From contig NC_134471.1 in the NCBI RefSeq assembly GCF_964194025.1, positions 24,304,001-24,368,000 of the forward strand: 64,000 nt of DNA, read 5' to 3'. The position numbers and the translations under genes are program-made. Under the pieces are notes generated by a model. That model was not told the DNA's origin, ran no database searches, and saw only the letters and a list, made by a program, of their open reading frames with translations. Positions 11,958 through 25,600 of the stretch are shown here, piece by piece (positions within the stretch are counted from its first letter, which is position 1; every line of letters begins with the position of its first letter). Source of the stretch: Convolutriloba macropyga. Its lineage: Eukaryota.

Positions 11958-14110
11958 TAAAGATCACCCAGAGTGCCCCCCAAAAGTCACAAAAAGGCCC
12001 CCCAACGTCGCTCAAAGGCCCCCCCAAGGTCACCAAAAGTGTCCCAAAGGTCACCCAGAGTGCCCCCCAAGATCACACAAAGTGCCCCAAAGGTCACCCA
12101 AAGTGCCCCCCAAGGTCATCAAAAGTGCCCCAAAGGTCACCAAGAGTGCCCCCCAAGGTCACAAAAAGGCCCCCCAACGTCGCTCAAAGGCCCCCCCAAG
12201 GTCACCAAAAGTGTCCCAAAGGTCACCAAGAGTGCCCCCCAAGGTCACAAAAAGGCCCCCCAACGTCGCTCAAAGGCCCCCCAAGGTCACCAAAAGTGTC
12301 CCAAAGGTCACCCAGAGTGCCCCCCAAGGTCACACAAAGTGCCCCAAAGGTCACCCAAAGTGCCCCCCAAGGTCATCAAAAGTGCCCCAAAGGTCACCAA
12401 GAGTGCCCCCCAAGGTCACAAAAAGGCCCCTCAACGTCGCTCAAAGGCCCCCCCCCAAGGTCACCAAAAGTGTCCCAAAGGTCACCAAGAGTGCCCCCAA
12501 GGTCACAAAAAGGCCCCCCAACGTCGCTCAAAGGCCCCCCAAGGTCACCAAAAGTGTCCCAAAGGTCACCCAGAGTGCCCCCCAAGGTCACACAAAGTGC
12601 CCCAAAGGTCACCAAGAGTGCCCCCCAAGGTCACAAAAAGGCCCCCCAACGTCGCTCAAAGGCCCCCCGAGGTCACCAAAAGTGTCCCAAAGGTCACCCA
12701 GAGTGCCCCCCAAGGTCACACAAAGTGCCCCAAAGGTCACCCAAAGTGCCCCCCAAGGTCATCAAAAGTGCCCCAAAGGTCACCAAGAGTGCCCCCCAAG
12801 GTCACAAAAAGGCCCCCCAACGTCGCTCAAAGGCCCCCCAAGGTCACCATAAGTGTCCCAAAGGTCACCCAGAGTGCCGCCCAAGGTCACACAAAAGTGC
12901 CCCAAAGGTCACCCAAAGTGCCCCCCAAGGTCATCAAAAGTGCCCCAAAGGTCACCAAGAGTGCCCCCCCCCCAAGGTCACAAAAAGGCCCCCCAACGTC
13001 GCTCAAAGGCCCCCCCAAGGTCACCAAAAGTGTCCCAAAGGTCACCCAGAGTGCCCCCTAAGGTCACACAAAGTGCCCCAAAGGTCAACCGAAGTGCCCC
13101 CAAAGGTCACACAAAGTGCCCCAAAGGTCAGCCAGAGCTCCCCCCAAGGTCACCAAAAGTGTCACAAAGTTCACCCAGAGTGCCCCCCAAGGTCACACAA
13201 AGTGCCCCAAAGGTCACCCAAAGTGCCCCCCAAGGTCATCAAAAGTGCCCCAAAGGTCACCAAGAGTGCCCCCCAAGGTCACAAACAGGCCCCCCAACGT
13301 CGCTCAAAGGCCCCCCCAAGGTCACCAAAAGCGTCCCAAAGGTCACCCAAAGTGCCCCCCAAGGTCACACAAAGTGCCCCAAAGGTCACCCAAAGTGCCC
13401 CCCAAGGTCATCAAAAGTGCCCCAAAGGTCACCAAGAGTGCCCCCCAAGGTCACAAAAAGGCCCCCCAACGTCGCTCAAAGGCCCCCCAAGGTCACCATA
13501 AGTGTCCCAAAGGTCACCCAGAGTGCCGCCCAAGGTCACACAAAAGTGCCCCAAAGGTCACCCAAAGTGCCCCCCAAGGTCATCAAAAGTGCCCCAAAGG
13601 TCACCATGAGTGCCCCCCCAAGGTCACAAAAAGGCCCCCCAACGTCGCTCAAAGGCCCCCCCAAGGTCACCAAAAGTGTCCCAAAGGTCACCCAGAGTGC
13701 CCCCTAAGGTCACACAAAGTGCCCCAAAGGTCAACCGAAGTGCCCCCAAAGGTCACACAAAGTGCCCCAAAGGTCAACCAGAGCTCCCCCCAAGGTCACC
13801 AAAAGTGTCCCAAAGTTCACCCAGAGTGCCCCGCAAGGTCACACAAAGTGCCCCAAAGGTCACCCAAAGTGCCCCCCAAGGTCATCAAAAGTGCCCCAAA
13901 GGTCACCAAGAGTGCCCCCCAAGGTCACAAACAGGCCCCCCAACGTCGCTCAAAGGCCCCCCCAAGGTCACCAAAAGCGTCCCAAAGGTCACCCAGAGTG
14001 CCCCCCAAGGTCACACAAAGTGCCCAAAAGGTCACCAAGATTACCCCCCAAGGTCAAAAGGGCCCCCCAAAGTCACCCAAAATACCAACTAAGATCACCC
14101 AAAACCCCCC
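11958..14110 (+). repeat. 21/22-bp minisatellite (CCCCAAGGTCACCAAAAGTG-type, about 95 units) with higher-order structure
   Basis: Repeated (C/A)AAGGTCA-N-AAGTGCCCC units; a CCAACGTCGCTCAAAGG variant recurs every few units; a block of about 650 bp is duplicated (12841 and 13490). Confidence 0.95.
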
Positions 14111-14409
14111 AAACGTCACCCAGAGTCCACTTAAGGCCATCCAAAGCTCTTCAAAGAGCCCCCGAGTTCACTCAAGTTGATCTCACTCAACCCTCAAAGA
14201 AACGCAAGGTGCCCTCCAAGCTCACCCCAAAATTCGCCACAAAATTACCGTGTGTCCACCAACGTCATCCAAATTGACATATATCAACCCCCTAAGGTCA
14301 GCAATTTATCCCCTTAAGCCCCCAATAACATCCTAGATTATTGAATTAAGAATTCTAATTTGACGAATTTACCCCTCAAACAAACCAAAACATATAAAGA
14401 GCAACAAAA

Positions 14410-17400
14410 ATGAAGACAACACTAACAAAGAAATCAAAATTCGGAAATAGCAAGCAAAGCATAAATAGCACTGTCAAGCTCTTCCACCAACGCTTTAAAA
14501 ACGCGCAACTGCTTGAGAGTGAAATAAGGAGGCAAATATCAGACAATCTTGATTCAGAAATAGTCTCTCAGACGTTTCAGGAATTCATCCGAAATGTCGA
14601 ACAAACAGAAAAAATCGTGGAGGTAATGGCCCAGTCCGAAAGCAGTCAAGTCTTGGAACCTCTTGAAGAGGCAGAGAAGCTAACTACAATGAAAATTGAA
14701 ATAATGCAAATTGTCAAGCAACACGAAATTTCGATGAGAAAAGAAACCTCCAGAGCAAGTAGCAGATCATCACTTAGAAGTCGAGTGTCAGCTGTTTCAA
14801 GCACTTCGAGGAAAAATCAGCAAAAAACCACTGGAAGCAGGCATGTTGACAACCAAAACAACACACTCCTTTCTTCGAAAGACACTGCTAAATCCTCAGG
14901 AGGAACGAAAATCCAAACCAAAGAAACTGAAACATCAACAACAACGATTGGCAAATACAATTTGCGGAACAGAAGCATACCAAAATTGGGCGCATGCACG
15001 GGTGGAGAAGCAGATTTTGACCCACAAACAGCTCTCCCAAGTCAGAACGTCATTTCACAAGAAGATGAATCTGATAACAACGATGAAAATCATCTAGACG
15101 GATCTGGTGATCATAATTGGACAACCGAAAATCCCATTTCCATTGTTCCTAATAACCTAAGAAACAACGACGTGCAGCCCAACTACACACGAAACCCTGA
15201 GGGAATATACTTGCCTTCTAGGCAGGAAATGCTACAAATTAAGACGCAGAATTGTCTGAATAGTCAGCAACAACGAGAATCCTATAACATATTCCGTCAA
15301 AAGACACCAGAACCTTGTCTCCTACCGAAAGAGGGCCGTGGAATCACAGAGGTGGTGGCAAGCTTACAAGAAAGTCAAAACGTTGCATGCCAATTAAAAG
15401 AAATCTCAACAATATCACACGCCAATAGCAATGCATATCCTCAACAAATCGGTTCAACCCAACTTTCTACATCAATCCCATTATCAACTCCTGACATAAA
15501 CCAGCATTGTAGCTATTCGCAACCAATCGGCAGCCTCAGCAGCAACCAGGGTTTTTCAATTATGAACCCCGAAGCAAATGGTCCTTTAATTCATCATCGC
15601 GTTGCGCAAAACATCCTTCCTGCACAAAGCCATACACATTTTCAACCAAGCCACAGCACACAGCATCTCACAAAGTGGAAGGAAAAGGAATCGCTCAACT
15701 CACTTGGCGTCGTAAATAATTGGCCTGAAAGTCTTGGCCAAAACCACCAAAAGGCCTCAATAACCAAAATTACTGCCAAGAGGGTTTCGTACCCCCTGCA
15801 ACTCAGCAGATGATACAACCACCAGGCCTCCATCAGCAACTGCCAACGACACGTGAACAATATGTTCAACCTAATAACTGTACAAACCGTCAACAACCCT
15901 CTTCGGAAAATGTAAGTGGTCACCAACAACCAATCCACAATGGAAATAATGCTAATCAGCAAACTGCGCGTCCACAATACTCCGACACCTATCATCATCA
16001 GCCATTCTTTCGAAACAACTATCGCTCAGTGAAGCTGCCAGACATACGAATACAAAAGTTCGACGGAGACCCACTGAAGTGGAATGAATGGTCCTGCATG
16101 TTTTCCTCAGCTATTCATCAAAACCGTGACATCACTGATAATGAAAGAATGAGCTACCTGCAAACATTGGTGGTTGGACCAGCAAGAGAAGCCATTTCGG
16201 GATATCTCTGTAACCCCGGATTCTATCATGATGCCTTATCGGAACTTGAAAGACGCTTTGGAAATCCTCAACACGTTGTCGCCGCCCTCACCAAAGAACT
16301 CGAACTGTGGCAGAGACCACAAGCAAGCGACCACGCAACACTGATAAGCTACGCTTCTTTCCTGAGAAAACTAGTCCAGACATTTAATGCACATGGTTTT
16401 TACGCAGACTTGAATTCTACCTATTTAGTCCGGATCGCCCGAGATAAGCTACCATGGTCATTGAAAATGAAATGGAGTGAACACCTAGTCGACAATGGAA
16501 GTCCATTCCCAGGATTGGAAGACCTCTCAATATGGATGGATAAACAGGCTAGAGCCTGTGAACCTCTACAGGACAACAGCTTTTCCAGCAACGAAACGAA
16601 CAACGGAAATTACGACAAGAACGACCGCAATAGAGGTAAATTTAACCATAAATCTAATTTCAGGCACAAAGAAAGAAACGGAAACCAAAAATTTAGCCAA
16701 TCCGGCTACAACAAGAACCACCACAACCAAAACCCGAACAATAATAACCAGAACGCAAACGAACATCATCACAACAACGCTAACAGAGCAAAAACATTTG
16801 AAAGCAACAACAGCAGTTTTGTTCACAAACCATTCAATCCAAAGAAACACGAGTCTCAACAAAACAGAAGTACAAACTGTCCGGTCGATCAAGGCGACCA
16901 TTACATAGGGAAGTGTCCAAAATTTCTGCAAATGTCACCGTCTGAACGTAATGCTGAAGTCAAGAAGAATTTTCTTTGCTACAATTGTCTTAGCTCAACC
17001 CATAACGCAAAAACATGTCCATCGAAAATTTCATGCAGACATTGTTCACGGAAACACCACTCAATGCTACATGACAACAATTACGTCTCACAGCAAAAAA
17101 CAAACGCTACTCAACACGAATTACCACTACGCGAGTCCTTTGACGAGATCAGCAAAGAAACGAAATCACCCAACTACACGCCAGTTTTCCCTCGAAAAAT
17201 TAGAAATCAGCTTCCAATGGTTCCCATTAAACTTTACGGTCCCAACGAAACATGCGAATGTTATGCTTTACTTGACAGCTGCAGCACAATATCTTATGTT
17301 TTCGATCCCATGGTAACCAAACTCAATGCAGCACGAACGAGCCTAGAATCAACTCTGACCGTTTCGACAGCCTTTGGTGATTCCTCAATGGAAGCCAAAC

Positions 17401-20400
17401 TTGTACAACTTGATATTGGACCCTTTAACAGCAACAAACCACTGTTTCACTTGAATTACGTTTATTCAATTAACAATTGGCATTTTGATGATGCCCCTGT
17501 TTCAGAACTGAATGATGTTTGCAGCAAACATCTCCATTTGCAACACATCAGTTTTCCCCAACTGGAAAACAATCGCATCCAAGTATTACTTGGAATTGAC
17601 GCAACACAGTACATCCTCGAAAGAGAGTTTTTACAGGGACCCAAAAACACGCCATTTGCAATCAGAAATCTGTTAGGCTGGACTATAACTGGTCCAATCA
17701 AATTCGGCCATAAGGAACAACAAAGAACCAACTTCCTTTCTCTTAGCTATGAAGCATTCGACAGAGAATTGACGCTCACAACAAATGAAGATCCTCTGGC
17801 AGATTATATAACCAGTTTCTGGAAGATAGATTCATCGGGAACGGAAAATGAAAATGAAACGCCTTTGTCAAAAGATGGCACCAGAGCACTTAAAATACTG
17901 AATGGTACAGTGCGTCACACAGGCGAGAGGTACGAGATCGGTCTTCTCTGGAAAGAAAAAGTAAATTTGCAGAACAACTATCCTGTAGCTAAGGCACAAA
18001 TTCAAAGCCTCGAAAAGAAACTAAGCAAAGCTCAGCTGCTGAAAGAGATGTATCAGAAGACACTCGATACAGACATCGAGAAGGGATATGTCAAGCCAGT
18101 TATTTTCTCTAGCATCGCCCCTAGCCGCGTATGGTACCTACCACATCACCCAGTCACCAACCCCAATAAGCCTGGAAAAGTACGGCGAGTTTCAAATGCT
18201 GCATCTGTTTTTAAAGGGAATTCTCTGAACAGTAACCTCTTGACAGGCCCAGACCTGATCAACAATCTGGTTGGTCTCCTGCTTCGTTTCAGAGAAAATC
18301 CAGTTGCAGTCAGCGCCGATATTGAGGCGATGTTTATGCAAGTAGGTATAATTGAGACAGACCAGCCTTCAATGAGATTTCTCTGGCCCACCAATCACAG
18401 TGTGAAGCAATCCCAGTACACCCGTCTCATGCTCACCATCAACAGCTATTTTTGTCCTCCAGAAAACGCAGCGAGGACTGTCACCGCGTACTTGGTGTTC
18501 AATGGAATAAATCAACAGACAAATTTTTCCATCAGAAACCATCAAAATTTGAAACCAACGCAGAGAATTACACTGTTCGAAAACTACTATCTCTAATCGC
18601 ATGCCTTTTTGACCCGCTAAGGATTATAGCGCCCGTAATCATCACTCTGAAAATTATACTGCAAGAGATATGGAAAGAGGGTCTAGCATGGGATGACAGC
18701 CTGCCAAAGGAGAAGATTAAATCAATTCAAACATGGATAGACAATTACATGTACTCTCCCCCAATTGAAATCCCTCGCTGCCTAACACTAGACGTAGCGA
18801 CCAGAAAAGCCTATGAACTACACGTTTTTACGGATGCTTCTCAACTAGCCTATGGTGCCGTTGCTTATGCCGAATTATCTCTGAAAACGGCGTATCTTGT
18901 AATTTCCTAATGAGCAAAGCCAAAGTTGATCCAATCAAGCAGCTAAGTATCCCAAAACTCGAACTTCAAGCCGCCGTCCTTGGAACCCGTTTAGCTCACT
19001 TCATCAAGAAACACCATACTATAGAGTTCAAAGATACCACATTTTGGTGTGACAGCATGGCTGTCCTGGCTTGGATCAAAAACTCAGAAAAACTTAAAGT
19101 TTTCGTGGGCAACCGAGTAAGCGAAATTCAAAGTCAATCGCCAACCAGCAGCTGGAGACATATCAGTGGGAAAAGCAATCCAGCCGATCACGTTTCTCGA
19201 GGTATTCTTCCTGCTGACATTAAAGAGCATTGGCTAAGCCCACCAGCATTTTTGTTCAAACCGAAAGAAAGCTAGAGCACTTTTCTCAACACCGAGAAGA
19301 CAAACACCACAATGGCGCGACAAACAATTCAACCAGTGGTTGCAGCAAAAAATTTCTCAAAATGGACGAAGTTGCTAAAAGCAACAGCCCAAGTGTTTCG
19401 GTTCATCGAAATCTTGCGAACTAAATCCAAAAGAGCACTCAACATCAACGATGTCGAAAACGCCAGGAACCACCTTATTCAAGTATCTCAGCAGAATTCA
19501 TTCGGTCCCTCAATCGCTCTCTTGAATAAAAACAAGAATTTGCCATCCAAAGACAAACTTCTGCCGCTCTCACCCTTTCTGAAGGATAATATTTTAAGAG
19601 TTGGTGGCAGAACAAAGAGAAGTACTTTGGGATATAACACAAAGCATCCAATTGTCCTTAACGCAAAGGAATCAATCGCCCGACTATTCCTGGAGAAGTG
19701 CCATGAAATCTGCATGCACTTTGGAACAGAGTATGTCAAAAACTTTGTACAGCAAAGTTACTATGTTTTTGGCCTAAGAGACTCCCTACGCAGCATTTCA
19801 TACAAGTGCTTTGAATGTAGACGTTTTAAAGGACAAGGTCTTCAGCCACCTATGGCAGATCTGCCTGATGCCCGATTTCCAGAAAACGAATCACCCGTAA
19901 CCTTCACGAATGTAGGACTTGATTATATTGGGCCCTTCACCGTTATTCAAAGAGGCAAAGAAGAGAAGGCCTATATCTGTCTTTTCAACTGCTTAGTGAC
20001 TCGAGCAGTACATTTGGAAGTGACAGAAGATCTGACAACATCAGCTTGTATCACAGCCATCCGCAGATTCATTGCTCGACGGGGACAACCACGGCTCTTA
20101 CTCAGTGATAACGGAAGCAACTTCCTGGGAGCCAGAAAACAAATCAGAAGACAAAATCTGCAGTTGGACCACGACTTTATCAAGAACAACTTGTTGAACC
20201 AGTCAGTTGAATGGCGCCTCAACCCTCCATCTGCTCCTCACTTTGGAGGCGTGTGGGAGAGGCTCGTACAGATAGTAAAACGAGCTCTTCTTCTGAACTT
20301 GGGTTCTGCCAAATTGACTTGGGACGTCTTCACAACCATTGTCGCAGAAGCAGAATGCTTAGTTAATGCACGCCCCTTGACCCACGTCAGAAGCGACAAC

Positions 20401-20808
20401 GAAGACGAAGATCCACTAACCCCAAATCATTTTCTTATTGGTCGAGCTTTCCCTAACATACCAGCCTGTGTGTTCAATGAGAACCCTTCACTGAAGACGA
20501 AAAGTTGGACGCAGATCAGACAACGATTGGAAGCAATATGGAAGAGGCTGGTCCGAGAATACTTGCCTACCCTGAACACCCGAAGGAAGTGGACCAACCC
20601 AGAATCAAAGCTTGAAGTCAACGATATTGTTTGGGTACTGGAAGAGTGGACTCCCAGAGGAATTTGGCCCCTAGGACGCGTGACAAGGACGTTCACCGGC
20701 CCCGACCAAACTGCTAGATCTTGTGAAGTAAAAACCGCTCTAGGTCTTCTAACCCGCCCAGCTGTGAGATTAGCACATGTTTTCCCGAAACCAATCCAAC
20801 CAGGTTAG
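14410..20808 (+). pseudogene. BEL/Pao gag-pol polyprotein with frameshifts, a stop and an RT-core deletion
   Basis: KFDGDPLKW gag, CYNCLSSTH and CRHCSRKHH knuckles, ALLDSCS protease, WYLPHHPV and SADIEAMF RT, LHVFTDAS RNase H, LSDNGSNF and APHFGGVWE integrase. Split into ORFs at 14410, 15810, 18452, 18910 and 19312. Confidence 0.92.
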
Positions 20809-20827
20809 GTAAGGCAGGCCCCGAGAA

Positions 20828-21093
20828 TGTTATCGACATCGATAATCTTCTTATTGATTGGCGCTAATTATTTTACCGCAAAATTGTCATAATCCTTGTA
20901 AACTAACAAACATTGATTCATAACACAAGAAATTTGAAACCAAAAGGGCACGTGACAACAATGTAATTAAGGTAATTTTGAGGACTAAGGTTTTGAAACA
21001 TCAAAGAACAGAGTAGAAAAATCCGAAAGAAGGCAAGTCGACGCCCCCCAACCGAGCACCAAACTATCCCCCCAGGAGGCATCGACACTGTCA
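20828..21093 (+). repeat. BEL/Pao 3' LTR
   Basis: Near-identical to 10686-10951 and followed by TSD GCATC. Confidence 0.95.
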
Positions 21094-22671
21094 GCATCTT
21101 CCCTCAGTTTCTCGTGCATGAGTTTCGTTCCTCCCTCTAACTCTTTCCTTGCGTCCCTTCCGTGCTTCGCAAGTTTGTCCTATGTTATTTTTCCGGCTGC
21201 CGCCGCTGGTCTTGTTTTGGCAAGTTGGACAAGGACTGTAATTTTCTCCTCCTTCTTACCAGATTTTGCAAGGTCTAAGTTGCGAATGAATAACTTAGGC
21301 TTCCCCGGTTCCTGCTACGTGATCCATTCTGTCTTTATTAACCAGGATCCCGGAGGTAAGACCTCGTAGAATTCATTCTGTTTTTTTATCGACCGCTTAA
21401 TTTTCTACGTTTTGAATGCTAATTTCAACGTAAGTGAAATATCGGTCTTTAATCTAATCTGGAGAAAAGAATTACGCGTGATTCGATTTGAGGATCATTT
21501 TTTTAAAAAAAATTGCTGGCATCTTGTATGGCATCGTTTCTGTGTAATTTTATTTCACTGTTGCATCGCTGTGTCTGGTTGCGCTTGTTGTCTGAGAAAT
21601 GTTGATCTCGTCTGGGTTTTTTAAGATCTAAACACCTGTTAGGCCTACCTCCAAAAACGTTTTTGCAGGGCGAAAAATGTTTTTATCATTTTGTCTACAT
21701 ATTTTGAACTGGTGTATTATCGAATTGGTCGGCCTATTCTCAATAATTTTTTTAATATGTCTCTAATGCTTGCCAGTTGTCGTTTTAGTGTCTGAATTAG
21801 CCGCTTCATTAACCCAATCGCTCTGTAGTTGTCGACTGACGCCCCGATTTACTCTATAATATTCCGCTTACAGAAAATATTCATCTGCTGACACGTTTGT
21901 CATCGTGCTTGATTTAATGTGATTGCTTGCCGATCACCGTTCAAAGGTAAAAAAAATCTGAAGGATCTTTTGTATGATACTCGCTTGAATAATTTAGCTG
22001 TTAGGAACTTGTGATCCCTGCTACAAATATATATGTTGATCTTCTTCATTATCAATTGGTCCGTCTAGCTTTCTCTGTATTTCTTCATTTATGACTTGCA
22101 TGATTTTAGTGGCTCCTACCTCATAGGATCTAACTTGACAAAAGGATTGCAGTTGGTTGGAAGTTTTTGACAAGATGTCCCTGTTCTTATAAGACCCCCA
22201 TGTATGCATTGCCGTGTCCATCATGTCACAACTGCCTGGATGGTTGCTATGGATGGCCTTTAAACAAGCGCCATTGATCGAGATCGGTATCGCTACGCGA
22301 TCATCTACGCATACGCAGCATGAGTTTGCCTAAATTTTTCTCCAGAAACTGTGCTTGTTGGAAAGTTTTTTCCTGCAATATTAGACTCAAAATTTTTGTG
22401 TTTGCGGCTAAAATTTCTGTTTTTGGAGCATTTAAAAGAAGCTGTTTTGCACACTTTTGATTGAGTCATGGGGAAACTTTGAATACCTTGACGCGTAAAC
22501 CTTGTGCATAGGCGTCACATTCGACACGTCTATCAACATCGGGATTAAGGTGGTGGTTTAGTGTAGCCTGGATTATTCTGTGTTCTATTTCTTGAAGCCT
22601 CGTGCTATTCCGTCCACACATTTTTTGTTTTCTTTAGAAAAGATCCATCGCAACAGGTTAGGGACAACTTT

Positions 22672-25600
22672 TCCTGAAGGACAAACAGAATAAAGAAACG
22701 ATTAATTTTTTGCATCAGTTTTGTTAGTCAGCCGTTTGATGCCTGTTTGTCTGAACTCGTACTCTAAGCATTGACTCTCTGTTTTTGCGAAATGAAATTT
22801 TCACATGGTTTTTACGGAGCTGATTGTCATCCGTTTTCTTTAACCACTTGTTTGCTTACTAATACAAAATAATTCTTACAATCTTTTTGTTTTAACGATT
22901 GCGTTGCAGGCATGTCAGTTAGGCTGTAAATTCCGGTACGTGTCTGTTATATGACCGCCATGACCGCCAAAACAATAATGTTGAACGGCCGTATAAGGCG
23001 GCAATTTAAGTTGGTTATACGCATATTTTCAGTCTATCGAAATGAAAGAAGCATTGTCGTGTGGCGCGCTCAAACTTAGTTTTTCCTGAACTGTTTGCAA
23101 AATTGAATTGATATTCGGCATTTGATACTTATTTTTGAGGAATGGTTTGTTCAGAACCTTTGTGTTATCAGAAATAATTGTTTAGGTCCCAATAGGTTTG
23201 GAATTTTCCAATACGGCCTTCTTTCAATAATTTTGCTAATTAAATTTTGGCTTTTGGGTGTAAATGAAATAGCAATTTTCGCTTTTTTGATGTTGTACTT
23301 CATAAATTTTCTGAATTGTCAAGTTTTTTGTGCGCCTTGTTGGATTAACAGGTCTTCCATTTGGTTTCGGAAATTTGTTTGCATTTCCTTTTCTATCGCA
23401 AAGTTATTCATGAACAGTTAACATTGCTTGCTGGAAGTGATTTATTAGTGATGCGCATGCCTAAGCTATCGAAAAGGTCTTTTCCGTTGATCAATTATAA
23501 TCAGTCAGCTACTGCCGGTATTTGAGCGCGTTTGACATCCAACTTTTAGATTTAAAAATATATCCTCTTTTTGTTTGTGAATTTGTTTGTGACTAATTCA
23601 ACTCTTTCCAACATAGCTGGACCATGTGATTTTGCAGTCCTCAATGATTGTACTTCTTACCTATCACTGCACGCATTTGTTTTTGGTTTGATTAACAGTT
23701 CTGACAAGAATACTTGCATTGATTGTTTGCTCCGCCATTGTCAGCAATAAGAAATTGGATGCTTCTTCTGGTAATTTGTTCCTCGAAATCTTCTACTGAG
23801 TTGTACCCATTTCTGGGGGACAAATACTACAAAGAAACGTTATAATTTTTTGCATCAGTTTTGGTAGTCAGTGGTTCGATGCCTATTTGTGTGAACTGCT
23901 GGTCTAAGCATTGAGTCTCTGTTTTTGCGAAATGACATTTTCACATGGTTTTTACGGAGCTAATTGTCATCCGTTTTCTTTAGTCACTTGTTTGCCTACT
24001 AATAGAAAACAATTGTTACAATCTTTTGTTTTACCGATTGCGTTGCAGGCATGTCGGTTAGGCCGTAAATTTCCGTACGTGTCTGTTATATGACCGCCAA
24101 CAAAAAATATTATTGAATGAATGTACAAGGTGGAACCTTAAGTTGGTTATACGCATATTTTCAGCCTATCGACATGAAAAAAGCATTGTCGTGTGGCGCA
24201 CTCAAACTTAGTATCTTCTAAACTGTTTGCAAAAAAGAATTGATATTAGTCCTTTGATACTTACTGTTGAGGAATGGTTTGTTCAGAACCTTTGTGTCAT
24301 CACAAATAACTGGTTAGGTCCAATAGGTTATGCGTTTTCCAATACGGCCTTCTTTCAATATTTTTTCTAATAAAATTTGGGCTTTTGGCTTTAAATGAAT
24401 TAGCACTTTTTGCTTTCTTGATGGTGTGCTTCATATATTTTATGGATTGACAAACTTTTTGTGCGCCTTTATGAACTAACAAGTCTTCCATTTAGTTTCA
24501 GAAATTTGTTTGCATTTCCTTTTCTATAGCACATTGATTCATGACCAGTTAAAATTGCTTGCTGGAAGTGATTTATGAGTGATGCGCATGCCGAAGATAT
24601 CGAAAAGGTCTTTTCCTTTGATCAATCATAATCATTCAGCTACTACTGGTATTTAAGTGATTTTTACATCCAACTATCGAACTTAAAACTATTTCTCTTT
24701 TTTGTTTGTGAATTTGTTTGCAATTGATTCAACTCTTTGCAACATAGCTTGGCCATGCGACTTTGCAGCCCCCAATGATTGTATTTTTACCCATCACTGC
24801 ACGCATTTGTTTTCGGTTTGAGTACAGGTTTTGACCAGAATATTTGCATTGTTTGTTTGCTCCAACATTGTCAGCAATAAGAATTTGGATGCTTCTTCTG
24901 GTAATTTGTTCCTCAAAACATTCTACTGAGTTGTACCCATTTCTGGGGGACAAACACTACAAAGAAACGATATAATTTTTTGCATCAGTTTTGGTAGTCA
25001 GTTGTTTGATGCCTATTTGTCTGAACTCGTGGTCTAAGCATTGACTCTCTGTTTTTGCGAAATGAAATTTTCACATGGTTTTTACGGAGCTAATTGTCAT
25101 CCGTTTTCTTTAATCTCTTGTTTGCTTACTAATGGAAAATAATTCTTACAATCTTTTTGTTCTAACGATTGCGTTGCAGGCATGTCAGTTAGGCTGTAAA
25201 TTCCGGTACGTGTCTGTTATATGTCCGCCATGACCGCCAAAACAATAATGTTGAACGGCCGTATAATGCGGCAATTTAAGTTGGTTATGGGCATATTTTC
25301 AGTCTATCGACATGAAGGAAGCATTGTCGTGTGGCGCGCTCAAACTTAGTTTTTCCTGAACTGTTTGCAAAATTGAATCGATATTCGGCATTTGATACTT
25401 ATTTTTGAGGAATGGTTTGTTCAGAACATTTGTGTTATCAGAAATAATTGTTTAGGTCCCAATAAGTTTGGATTTTCCAATACGGCCTTCTTTCAATAAA
25501 TTTGCTAATTAAATTTTGGCTTTTGGGTGTAAATGAAATAGCAATTTTCGCTTTTTTGATGTTGTACTTCATAAATTTTCTGAATTGTCAAGTTTTTTGT

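Larger units (their letters stand above)
10686..21093 (+). mobile_element. BEL/Pao LTR retrotransposon, young but non-autonomous
   Basis: 266-bp TG...CA LTRs at 10686-10951 and 20828-21093 (about 2 differences); perfect TSD GCATC at 10681-10685 and 21094-21098; putative PBS TGGCGC... at 10954; BEL-type gag, PR, RT, RH and IN. Confidence 0.95.

Noticed and set aside
11408-14110. CRISPR-like array
   Set aside because: There are no unique spacers and no cas genes, and the context is eukaryotic; these are plain tandem repeats.
11822-14277. Long Pro/Lys/Ser-rich ORFs (559, 362, 354 aa and others) resembling sperm basic proteins
   Set aside because: All three + frames are open because the T-poor minisatellite rarely makes stops. 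The 21/22-bp units shift frame constantly and do not connect to gag.
15728-15813. Programmed -1 frameshift between the BEL ORFs at 14410 and 15810
   Set aside because: No canonical slippery heptamer in the overlap; BEL/Pao elements usually have one ORF and this copy has other lesions.
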